A stretch of DNA of 64,000 nt, from contig CAWKKS010000001.1 of assembly GCA_963850385.1 (NCBI GenBank), forward strand, positions 1,209,551 to 1,273,550, read 5' to 3'. The stretch comes from Candidatus Dormiibacterota bacterium. GTDB taxonomy: Bacteria > Chloroflexota > Dormibacteria > Aeolococcales > Aeolococcaceae. This document shows positions 36,198 through 44,481 of the stretch, in pieces. The stretch's first letter is position 1; each line of letters begins with the position of its first letter. Both the position numbers and the translations under genes were made by a program. Under the pieces are notes generated by a model, which had not been told where the DNA came from, did no database searches, and was given only the letters and a program-made list of their open reading frames with translations.

Positions 36198-37601
36198 ATG
36201 AGCCAAGCTCGTGTAGGCCGCGGGCACCTCGTCGGCGGCTGTGCGGGTGCTGGCGGTGGCGGCACCGCTGGTATCGGCGCGGCACTGGCGTGTGGGCTGC
36301 CGCCCCCGGCGGCGCCGACGCCTCAGGACCAGGGCTCCGGCGTGCTGTCGGCGACGGGGGGCTTGCCCTTGGGGTCTCCCTGCATCGTCACCCAGCAGAT
36401 CCCCGTCGGGGTGATCGATCCCACGAACGGTGCTGCCAGTCGCCACTACGTCACCCTGGCGCCGTTGCTCGCCGGCAACCCGGAATCGGGCCTCACCGCC
36501 ACCGCGACGATCGCGTCGCCGCTGCCCATCGGGTCGCCGGACGGGCCCACCTCTGTCCGCGTGCCGGCTGAGCCGGTCGAGACCGCCGCGCAGCAGAACG
36601 CCGACTTCTTCGCCGCCGGCCAGGGGATCGCCGACGAGCTGAATGCATTCCAGCAGCAGCAGATTGCCGCCGCCTCGGACTCCGCGTTTCAGAACCCGTC
36701 CGCCGCCATCGCGTACCTTTTGAAGACGCCGCCCTTCACGGCGGCGAGCTTCTACGAGCCGGTCGGTCCACCGGTCGCCGGTGCAAGGGCCACCTCCGAG
36801 GATGCCACCACGTGGACGATGCAGGAGGCGGTGTATGTCGACGCCGGCCAGGTGGTGCACGACCAGGTGCGGATCGGACCGGGCGGCCTGCCCGTGTATG
36901 GACCGGAGTACTGCAGCGGGTTGAAGGTGGTCGCCAGCGATCCGCCAAGCCTGGTCGCTCAGGTGACCACCGCGGTCCCGTCCTTCACCGCGCAGGTCAA
37001 CCAGATCGCCGAGGACCTGTGGCACAGCTTCCGCCGCGGCGGCATCGTCAGCTCACCGCCGGTGGGATCGCCAACCTATGTCGGGATCCCGACGTGTGTC
37101 GGGGTCGACACGGGCCTGCCCACGGGGTCACGGACGCCCAACCCGTTCACGCTCACTCTGCCCCTCACCCTCCACGGCGTCGCGGGCCAGCTGCCGGTCA
37201 CCGTTTCCGGCCGCGTCGCCGTCTCCATCGTCGCCGACGGGGTGCAGTGGAACTTCCACGATCCCTCCGGCGACACCCAGGTGCGTGGCCAGGGGTCAAG
37301 CAACCCCACACCTCCCAACGGTGCCCCGACATTCGACTCCGCCACCGGGACGTGGCCGGACGCCGATGCCAAGTGCAGCGTGTACCACCAGTACCGCGGC
37401 CTGGCCGCCGCGCCCGGCGTGGCGATCACTGCGACCGAGCACTTCCACATCGAGGTGTCCGGGGCGTACAGCACGGGCGCTGCCGCGCCGATGGCCTTCG
37501 CGTACACGTACGAGCCGGCTGATTCGCCCGTGGTCTGGTCTGCCGGGCCCTACCCGGTCTTCCAGATCGAGGCCGTGCCCTTCGCGCCCAGCCCCACCTG
37601 A
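36198..37601 (+). CDS. hypothetical secreted/lipoprotein-like protein, no recognised family
   Basis: 467-aa ORF with strong GC3 bias from about 36300 onward. Possible lipobox GAALAC near the N-terminus. Rich in Pro/Gly/Thr/Val. Start codon uncertain. Confidence 0.6.
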   Translation: MSQARVGRGHLVGGCAGAGGGGTAGIGAALACGLPPPAAPTPQDQGSGVLSATGGLPLGSPCIVTQQIPVGVIDPTNGAASRHYVTLAPLLAGNPESGLTATATIASPLPIGSPDGPTSVRVPAEPVETAAQQNADFFAAGQGIADELNAFQQQQIAAASDSAFQNPSAAIAYLLKTPPFTAASFYEPVGPPVAGARATSEDATTWTMQEAVYVDAGQVVHDQVRIGPGGLPVYGPEYCSGLKVVASDPPSLVAQVTTAVPSFTAQVNQIAEDLWHSFRRGGIVSSPPVGSPTYVGIPTCVGVDTGLPTGSRTPNPFTLTLPLTLHGVAGQLPVTVSGRVAVSIVADGVQWNFHDPSGDTQVRGQGSSNPTPPNGAPTFDSATGTWPDADAKCSVYHQYRGLAAAPGVAITATEHFHIEVSGAYSTGAAAPMAFAYTYEPADSPVVWSAGPYPVFQIEAVPFAPSPT

Positions 37602-37644
37602 CCGAGGGCGTCGACGCGCAGCGGCACCGCCTGTCGCGAGTGGG

Positions 37645-38586
37645 TCACCCTGCGGGCGGCTGCTCCCGAGCCAGCACCGCTCGGACGTCCTCGACGTCAC
37701 GCGCGATCTGCGCGACGAGCTCGTCGACAACGGCGTAGTTGCGTTCCTCGCGCATGCGCTCGACGAAGACGGCTCGGACCTCGTGGTCGTAGAGGTCACC
37801 ACTGAAGTCGAGCAGGAAGGCCTCGACCGTGAGGCGGTCGCCGCCGAAGGTCGGTCGGTACCCGACGTTGGTGGCCGCCGCGTGCCAGGTGCCATCCACC
37901 CGCACCCACATCGCGTAGATCCCGGGCGCCGGAAGGCACTTGGACGCTTCGATCGACAGGTTGGCGGTGGGGAACCCGAGGTGGCGTCCCACCTCTTCCC
38001 CGTGCTCCACGACGGCGTCCATGAAGTACTCGCGGCCAAGCAGCGCGGCGGCGTGGCGCACCTCCCCCTCGCCCACCAGCGATCGCGCCAGGGACGACGA
38101 CACCACCTCGTGGCCAACCTGCACCGCATCGACCACGACCACCGGGAACCCGTGGCGCGACCCGTACTCGCGCAGGAAGGCGATGTCGCCCTGCCGCTTG
38201 TGGCCCAGCGCGAAGTCATGACCCACCACCAGCGCGCGCAGGTCGAGCGCGGCCGTCAGCTTGTCGCAGAACTGCTCGGCGCCCCACGCACTCACGGCGC
38301 GCGTGAACGGCAGCACCAGCAGTCGATCGAGCCCAGTGGCGCCGAGCAGGTCGCGTTTCTCCGCCACGGTGGTGAGTGCCTGGGGGCAGTGGGCGGGATC
38401 CAGGACGCAGCGCGGATGGGGATCGAACGTCAGCAGGGCGGACTGCGCTCCGTGCGCCGCCGCCCCGGCACGCACCGCCTCAAGCAGCGCGGCATGTCCG
38501 AGGTGGACGCCGTCGAAGTTGCCGATGGTCAGGACGACCGGTGGATCGCTCTCCTGCCTGGTTGCCAGCCCGCTGTCGACGCGCAT
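37645..38586 (-). CDS. ribF: bifunctional riboflavin kinase / FMN adenylyltransferase
   Basis: GNFDGVHLGH, and GFPTANL in the kinase half. Confidence 0.92.
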   Translation of the reverse strand: MRVDSGLATRQESDPPVVLTIGNFDGVHLGHAALLEAVRAGAAAHGAQSALLTFDPHPRCVLDPAHCPQALTTVAEKRDLLGATGLDRLLVLPFTRAVSAWGAEQFCDKLTAALDLRALVVGHDFALGHKRQGDIAFLREYGSRHGFPVVVVDAVQVGHEVVSSSLARSLVGEGEVRHAAALLGREYFMDAVVEHGEEVGRHLGFPTANLSIEASKCLPAPGIYAMWVRVDGTWHAAATNVGYRPTFGGDRLTVEAFLLDFSGDLYDHEVRAVFVERMREERNYAVVDELVAQIARDVEDVRAVLAREQPPAG

Positions 38587-38590
38587 GCGG

Positions 38591-39511
38591 CTAGCTGTTG
38601 AGGACCTTCGTCGGCCGCATCAGGGTGCCGGCGATCTCGCCGATGGCGATGAGCCGCCCGTCCGCGCTGTGCACCCTGCACTGGTTGCCCGCGGTCAGCG
38701 CGGGCGCCCGCGACAACCAGACCGGCTGGCCGCGGCTCACCATGGTCGCCTGTTGCGGCGGCAGGTCGATGCGCGGCAGGAACGCCACCGCGTTGTCGAG
38801 CGGCAGCAGGGCGACGGTGGGATCCTCCAGCGCGGCCAGTGCGTCGGGGCTCACGGCATCCTCGAGCGTCAGCGGACCGTAGGAGGTGCGCGAGAGCCAC
38901 GCCAGGAGGGCGCCCGTGCCGAGCCGTGCGCCGATGTCGGCGGCGAGCACGCGCATGTATGCGCCCTTGCCGCTCACCACTGTGAGCTCCGCCTCCGCGA
39001 GGGTGCCGGGACGGAAGCCGGTCACCTCGATGCTCTCGATATGCACCGTGCGCGCCTTGCGCTCGACCTCGCGGCCGCTGCGGGCCAGCTCGTAGAGGTG
39101 CTTGCCCTCATGCCGCACCGCGGAGTGCATGGGAGGCACCTGGTCGATGTCACCCACGTAGTGCGCGGCGGCAGCGGCGACGTCGGCCTGGGTCACCGCC
39201 GAGGCATCGCCGGACGCAACCACCGCGCCCTCGGTGTCGAGCGTGTCGCTGACCTGTCCGAGGCGCACCACGCAGCGATAGGTCTTGGTCTGCTGGTGGA
39301 AGTAGTCGACCAGTCGCGTCGCCTGGCCGATGCACACCGGGAGCAGACCGGTGGCGGTGGGATCGAGGGTGCCGGCGTGACCCACGCGGCGCTCGTTGAA
39401 CACGCGCCGCACCACCCGGACCGCGTCGAAGGACGTCATCCCCGCGGGTTTGTCGATGGCCAGGATGCCGCTGGTGGTGGCGGTGCGCGGCCCCGCCAGG
39501 GTCGGCGTCAC
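38591..39511 (-). CDS. truB: tRNA pseudouridine(55) synthase
   Basis: GILAIDKPAGMTSFD and GHAGTLDPTATGLL with the catalytic Asp. Confidence 0.92.
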   Translation of the reverse strand: MTPTLAGPRTATTSGILAIDKPAGMTSFDAVRVVRRVFNERRVGHAGTLDPTATGLLPVCIGQATRLVDYFHQQTKTYRCVVRLGQVSDTLDTEGAVVASGDASAVTQADVAAAAAHYVGDIDQVPPMHSAVRHEGKHLYELARSGREVERKARTVHIESIEVTGFRPGTLAEAELTVVSGKGAYMRVLAADIGARLGTGALLAWLSRTSYGPLTLEDAVSPDALAALEDPTVALLPLDNAVAFLPRIDLPPQQATMVSRGQPVWLSRAPALTAGNQCRVHSADGRLIAIGEIAGTLMRPTKVLNS

Positions 39512-40503
39512 CGTGAGGACCGCAGCAGCTCCCGGGCGACATCGAGGACACGCGGTTCGAACACCGCCAGGGGCTCGCGCAGCTCAGCGCCGGCGGCCCG
39601 GTGGTGTCCTCCCCCGCCGAACGGCCGGCAGACCGCCGTGGCGTCGTACGGGTCGCGGGTGCGCACGCTCACCTTGGTGACCCCGGGGCCATGCTCCTTG
39701 AAGAGCAGCGCGATCTGCATGGTGTCGATGCTCTGCAGCTGGTCGATCACGCCCTCGGACTCCATCATGTCGGCGCCGGCCTCACCGAGCATCTGCTGGG
39801 TGATCTGCGACCAGACGAGGCGGCCGTCGAACTCCGTCGTCAGCCGCGCCACCGCCAGCCCCTCGAGCTTGATCTGTGACACCGAGCGTGACTTGTAGCT
39901 CTTCAGGGCCACCCAACCCGGGTCGGCGCCCGCCGCCACCAGGTCGGCGCCCAGACGCAGGGCCGTCTCGGTGGTGTTCTCGTGGCGGAAGCCACCGGTG
40001 TCGGTGAAGAGCGCGGCGTACAGGTTGGTGGCGACGCCGGCGGTGATCGGAGCCCCGATGCTGGTGAGCAGCCGGTGCACGACCTGGCCGGTGGCGCTGG
40101 CGGTCGCCTCGATGAGGTTGATGGTGCCGAAACCCTCGTTGCTCACGTGGTGGTCGACGTTGACCACCGTGTTGGCCCGGGCGATCAAGTCCTGCTTGTC
40201 ACCGAACCTGCCGACGGTCGCACAGTCGAAGGTGAACAGGGTGTCGATGTCACCGGCCTCCTCGCTGACGGTGTCGAAGCCCGGCAGGTACTCGAGCATC
40301 CGGGGCATCGGCGAGGGAACCAGGACGCGGACCTCGCGGCCCATGGCGCGCATCGACAGCGCGAAGCCGAGAGCGGAGCCGAGGCTGTCGGCATCGGCGT
40401 CCTTGTGCGCCAGGCACGCGATCACCCGCGCGCGGTCGATCACCTGGCGGATGTCGCCGACGACGTCGTCGAGCGCGGGCCAGGGGGTGGTGACAGCTGT
40501 CAT
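39508..40503 (-). CDS. nrnA: DHH/DHHA1 phosphoesterase (NrnA-like oligoribonuclease/pAp phosphatase)
   Basis: DADADSLGS, NVDHH, GGGGHHRAAG motifs. Confidence 0.88.
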   Translation of the reverse strand: MTAVTTPWPALDDVVGDIRQVIDRARVIACLAHKDADADSLGSALGFALSMRAMGREVRVLVPSPMPRMLEYLPGFDTVSEEAGDIDTLFTFDCATVGRFGDKQDLIARANTVVNVDHHVSNEGFGTINLIEATASATGQVVHRLLTSIGAPITAGVATNLYAALFTDTGGFRHENTTETALRLGADLVAAGADPGWVALKSYKSRSVSQIKLEGLAVARLTTEFDGRLVWSQITQQMLGEAGADMMESEGVIDQLQSIDTMQIALLFKEHGPGVTKVSVRTRDPYDATAVCRPFGGGGHHRAAGAELREPLAVFEPRVLDVARELLRSSR

Positions 40504-40961
40504 TCGACGACCTCCGCGAGTGGCTCGGTGCCATCGCCGGGCGGGTCGAGCTCGCGGAGCACGCTGGCGATGTGGATGCTGTACGCGATGGACTCGTCGA
40601 GCTCGAACCGAAGCTTGGGCGGCGTCTTGAGGCTCTCGAGCCTCTCGCCGAGCTGGCCGCGCAGGTAGCCCTCGGCATGGCGCAGCGCGGTCACCACCGC
40701 GCGCCGCTCACGCTCGTCGCCGATCGCGCTGACCATGACCCGGGCGCTCTTCATGTCACGGGCCACCTTGACCTCGCTGATCGAGGCCATGCGCACCCGC
40801 GGGTCCTTCATCTCGATGAGCATCATCTGGGAGATCTCCTGGCGGAGCAGCTCAGCGACGCGCTCGCTTCGCGGAGGCCGCGACCCCTGCTGGGCGTGGC
40901 TGTGGAAGCTCGTCATCCCCGCGCGGTCTGGACCGCGGTGGCGAGCCGAGATTGCACTCAC
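40500..40961 (-). CDS. rbfA: ribosome-binding factor A
   Basis: RSERVAELLRQEISQMM..DPRV..ISEVKVARDMKSARV. GTG 40961 overlaps the infB stop (GTGA). An alternative ATG lies at 40916. Confidence 0.88.
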   Translation of the reverse strand: MSAISARHRGPDRAGMTSFHSHAQQGSRPPRSERVAELLRQEISQMMLIEMKDPRVRMASISEVKVARDMKSARVMVSAIGDERERRAVVTALRHAEGYLRGQLGERLESLKTPPKLRFELDESIAYSIHIASVLRELDPPGDGTEPLAEVVE

Positions 40962-42739
40962 AGGTTCTGCTGCTCGACCGTGTACGCCTCGAGGATGTCG
41001 CCCACGACGAAGTCGCCGAAATCCTCCAGGGTGATGCCGCAGTCGTAGCCGCGGGCGACCTCGCGGACGTCGTCCTTGAACCGCTTCAGGACCGCGATGC
41101 GGCTGCGCGCGATCTGCCTGCCATCGCGGAGGACGTTGCAGATGGAGTTGCGCGGGATGCGGCCGTCGACCACGTGCGAGCCGGCGATCGCGGGCCGGCC
41201 ATCCACCGTGAACACCTGGCGTACCTCGGCGCGCCCCTGGAACACGTCGACGAAGGTGGGCTCGTACAGGCCCTTGATCGCGCTGGCGATGTCGTCGGTG
41301 ACCTGGTAGATGACGTCGTAGTAGCGGACGTCGACTCCCTGGGTGTCGGCCGCGGCCTTGGCTCGATCGTCCGGGCGGACGTTGAAGCCGATGACGATCG
41401 AGTCGGTCACCGCGGCAAGGTTGACGTCCGCCTCGCCGACCGGCCCGACGCCGGAGGCCACGATGACCACCCGCACGTTGGGGTCATCGATCTTCTCGAT
41501 CTGGCCGCGCAGCGCCTCGAGCGAACCGTTCGCCTCGGCCTTGACGACCACGTTGAGCGACTTCACCGAGCCCTCGGCAACCTGGGAGGCGAGGTCGGCG
41601 AGCGTGATCCGCCGCACCGGCTGGGCCAGCTGCTGCTTGGCGGCGAAGCCCCGTTCCTCGGCCAGCGACCGCGCGGCGCGCTCATTGGCCATCACCTGGA
41701 AGACGTCGCCGGCCTCGGCCACGCCGGACAGACCGGTGACCACGGCCGCCGCGCTGGGTGCTGCCTGTTGCAGCCGGCCGCCGCGCTCGTCGAGGAGAGC
41801 CCGGATCCGGCCGTACACCTGGCCGGCCACGATGTAGTCGCCCACCTTCAGCGTGCCGTTCTGCACCAGGACGGTCGCGACCGGCCCGCGTCCGGGGTCG
41901 CGGTGCGACTCGATGACCGTCCCGACGGCGCCGCCCTTGGGGTTGGCCTTCGGCTCGACCTCGGCGTCGGCGGTCAGCAGGATCATGTCGAGCAGGTCGT
42001 TGACGCCTTCGCCGGTCTTGGCGCTGGTGCGGACGACGGTGATATCGCCGCCGTAGTCGCTGCTCACCAGCCCGCGGTCGGCGAGCTGCTGGAGGATGCG
42101 GTCGGGGTTGGCACCGTCCTTGTCGATCTTGTTGAGGGCCACGATGATCGGCACCTCGGCGGTGCGGACGTGCTGGATCGCCTCCTCGGTCTGGGGCATC
42201 ACGCCGTCGTCGGCGGCGACGACGAGCACGGCGATGTCGGTCACGTCAGCCCCGCGGGCGCGCATCGCCGTGAAGGCCTCGTGGCCCGGGGTGTCGATGA
42301 AGGTGATCTTGCGACCGTTCTTCTCGACCTGGTAGGCGCCGATCTTCTGGGTGATCCCCCCGGCCTCGCCGGCGGCCACCGCGGATTCGCGGATGGCGTC
42401 GAGGAGCGAGGTCTTGCCGTGGTCGACGTGACCGAGGACGGTCACGACCGGCGGTCGCGACATCAGGGTTGCCGGGTCGGCGCCGGACTGGTCGAGCAGG
42501 GGATGACGGCGCCGGGTGGATCCCGGGACGGCGGCAGCCGCCGTGGCCGCCTCCTCACTCTCCGCCTCGAAGCCGAAGTGATCGGCGGCCAGGGCGGCGG
42601 TGTCGAAGTCCACGGACTGGTTGAGGGTGGCCATGACCCCGTTGCCCATCAGGTACTTGATGAGCTGCGGCCCGGAGACCGAAAGGCGTTCGGCAAGCTC
42701 CTTGACCGGCACCGTGGCCGGCAGGGAGAGCTTCTTCAC
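40958..42739 (-). CDS. infB: translation initiation factor IF-2 (short N-terminal form)
   Basis: G domain [25 protein letters not shown], followed by the C1/C2 domains. Confidence 0.93.
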   Translation of the reverse strand: MKKLSLPATVPVKELAERLSVSGPQLIKYLMGNGVMATLNQSVDFDTAALAADHFGFEAESEEAATAAAAVPGSTRRRHPLLDQSGADPATLMSRPPVVTVLGHVDHGKTSLLDAIRESAVAAGEAGGITQKIGAYQVEKNGRKITFIDTPGHEAFTAMRARGADVTDIAVLVVAADDGVMPQTEEAIQHVRTAEVPIIVALNKIDKDGANPDRILQQLADRGLVSSDYGGDITVVRTSAKTGEGVNDLLDMILLTADAEVEPKANPKGGAVGTVIESHRDPGRGPVATVLVQNGTLKVGDYIVAGQVYGRIRALLDERGGRLQQAAPSAAAVVTGLSGVAEAGDVFQVMANERAARSLAEERGFAAKQQLAQPVRRITLADLASQVAEGSVKSLNVVVKAEANGSLEALRGQIEKIDDPNVRVVIVASGVGPVGEADVNLAAVTDSIVIGFNVRPDDRAKAAADTQGVDVRYYDVIYQVTDDIASAIKGLYEPTFVDVFQGRAEVRQVFTVDGRPAIAGSHVVDGRIPRNSICNVLRDGRQIARSRIAVLKRFKDDVREVARGYDCGITLEDFGDFVVGDILEAYTVEQQNL

Positions 42740-43029
42740 CGTGGCGATGGCTGGACCTCCTGGATGAGCGCCTCGAGGGCTGCGCTCAGCTCCGCGTAGT
42801 TGATGACATCTTCCCCCACCCGCAGGGAACGCATCAGTGCCCGCCGGCGCCGTGCCTGCGTCAGGCAGTCGATGCCGTCAGCGCAGAGGTAGGCTCCCCG
42901 GCCGGGAAGCTGGTTGCGAGTATCAAGGGTAACCTGTCCGCCGCTTCCAAGGGCGAGCCGGACCAGCTCGGGCCGGTCACGCACCTGGCGGCAGCCGACG
43001 CAGGTCCGCCGCGGCACCCGGCCGGTCAC
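42736..43029 (-). CDS. ylxR: YlxR-family (DUF448) RNA-binding protein
   Basis: RRTCVGCRQ...GRGAYLC motif and the nusA-ylxR-infB context. Confidence 0.85.
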   Translation of the reverse strand: MTGRVPRRTCVGCRQVRDRPELVRLALGSGGQVTLDTRNQLPGRGAYLCADGIDCLTQARRRRALMRSLRVGEDVINYAELSAALEALIQEVQPSPR

Positions 43030-43994
43030 CGGGCCTCGACATCGACGACGTCGATCCGCCAGCCGGAGAGACGGGCGACCAGGCGGGCGTTGTCCCCTCC
43101 CCTGCCGATGGCCAGGGACAGCTGGTCGGCGTCCGCCGTGACTGTGGCGGTGCGGGTCTCCTCGTCGAGGCGGACCCCTCGCACCGTGGCCGGGGCGAGG
43201 GCGTTGGCGATGTAGGTGGCGGGGTCGTCCGACCAGACGATGATCTGCACCTGCTCACGACCGAGAACCGAGGTGATCGCCTGGTGGCGAACCCCGCGCG
43301 GACCGATGCAGGCGCCGCGCGCGTCGACCGCGGGATCGACGGCCTCGACGGCCACCTTGCTGCGCCGGCCCGCCTCGCGCACGATGCCGCGCACCACCAC
43401 CTGGCCGTTGGCGACCTCGGGGACCTCCTGTTCGAGGAGCAGCCGTAGCAGCTGCGGGTGCGACCGCGAGACCACGACCACGGCGTCCTGGGCGCGGCGA
43501 CGCCCCTCCAGCACCATGACCTTGAGGTGCCGGCCGGCGACCAGCTCCTCGCCGACGATCTGCTCCTCGGGCGGCAGCAACACCGTCATCTCCCCGGCGC
43601 GCAGGTACCAGACAGGCCCCGACCGGGTGTCGACGACGGTGTCGATGAGCTCACCGCGCCGCAGAGACGCCTCGCGGAGCACGCGGTCCTTCCCCGCCTC
43701 GCGCAGCGCGCCGGCCACGGCGGCCCGGGCCGCGTGGGCGGCCTGGCGGGGAAAGTCGGGAACGGAGACGTCCACCGTCTCCTCCCCGCCATCCGGGCCG
43801 CGCCGGTACATCGAGCAGTGGCCCGACTGCAGGTCGACGCGGGCGTGGATGGACGGATCGTCATCGATGACCCGGCGGTAGGTGTCGACGAAGGCAGCCT
43901 CGAAGAGCGCGGCGAGGCGATCGTCGTTCAGCGCTGTGGTCTCGCGCAGCGTGGCGATGGCGCCCTCCAGGGGCGCCGGTGCGTCCTCGCTCAC
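43026..43994 (-). CDS. nusA: transcription termination/antitermination factor NusA
   Basis: S1-like region and two KH motifs (ACIGPRGVRHQAI, AIGRGGDNARLVARLSG). Confidence 0.9.
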   Translation of the reverse strand: MSEDAPAPLEGAIATLRETTALNDDRLAALFEAAFVDTYRRVIDDDPSIHARVDLQSGHCSMYRRGPDGGEETVDVSVPDFPRQAAHAARAAVAGALREAGKDRVLREASLRRGELIDTVVDTRSGPVWYLRAGEMTVLLPPEEQIVGEELVAGRHLKVMVLEGRRRAQDAVVVVSRSHPQLLRLLLEQEVPEVANGQVVVRGIVREAGRRSKVAVEAVDPAVDARGACIGPRGVRHQAITSVLGREQVQIIVWSDDPATYIANALAPATVRGVRLDEETRTATVTADADQLSLAIGRGGDNARLVARLSGWRIDVVDVEAR

Positions 43995-43999
43995 GGCGC

Positions 44000-44465
44000 T
44001 CAGATGTCAACCACGATGCGGGCCGCGACCACCTCGGCGCGGGCCAGCGTGGTCAGCCGCCGCCGGTGGCGGTCGCGCGCCTCCACCTCGATGGCCCCAC
44101 CGTCGATCCTGAGAAGGCGGCCCTCGACGACCAGCTCGGCGTCGCCGCTGCGGACGCGCACGTTGACCCGACGGCCCACCGCGGACTGCCACTCGAGGTC
44201 GGTGCGCAGCGGTCTCTCCGCACCTGGCGACGAGACCTCCAGCGAGTACCGCCCGGCGATCGGATCGTAGGCGTCGAGGACCGCGCCGACGGCGTGCGAG
44301 ACGCGCTCGCAGTCGTCGAGGCTCACCCCATGCGCCGAGTTCGATGACCAGGCGGAGCACGCTGCTGCGCCCGGGGCGCCATTGCAGGTCGACGAGGTCG
44401 AGCCCCAGGTGCCGCAGTGACGGCTGCACCAGGTCGGTCAGCTGCTCTGTCGATACCGTATTCAT
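44000..44465 (-). pseudogene. rimP: ribosome maturation factor RimP, reading frame broken once (about 44333)
   Basis: The N-terminal part [42 protein letters not shown] is in the frame of ORF 44007..44531. The C-terminal part (H)[41 protein letters not shown] is in the frame of ORF 44000..44326. One extra nt separates them. Confidence 0.8.
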
Positions 44466-44481
44466 GTGTTGTGGGGAGCTG

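Noticed and set aside
35626-36265. Minus-strand ORFs of 138 aa and 125 aa in the low-GC island.
   Set aside because: They overlap each other in different frames, are Arg/Ser/Cys-rich, lack SD sequences and have inconsistent GC3. They are kept only as part of the island finding.
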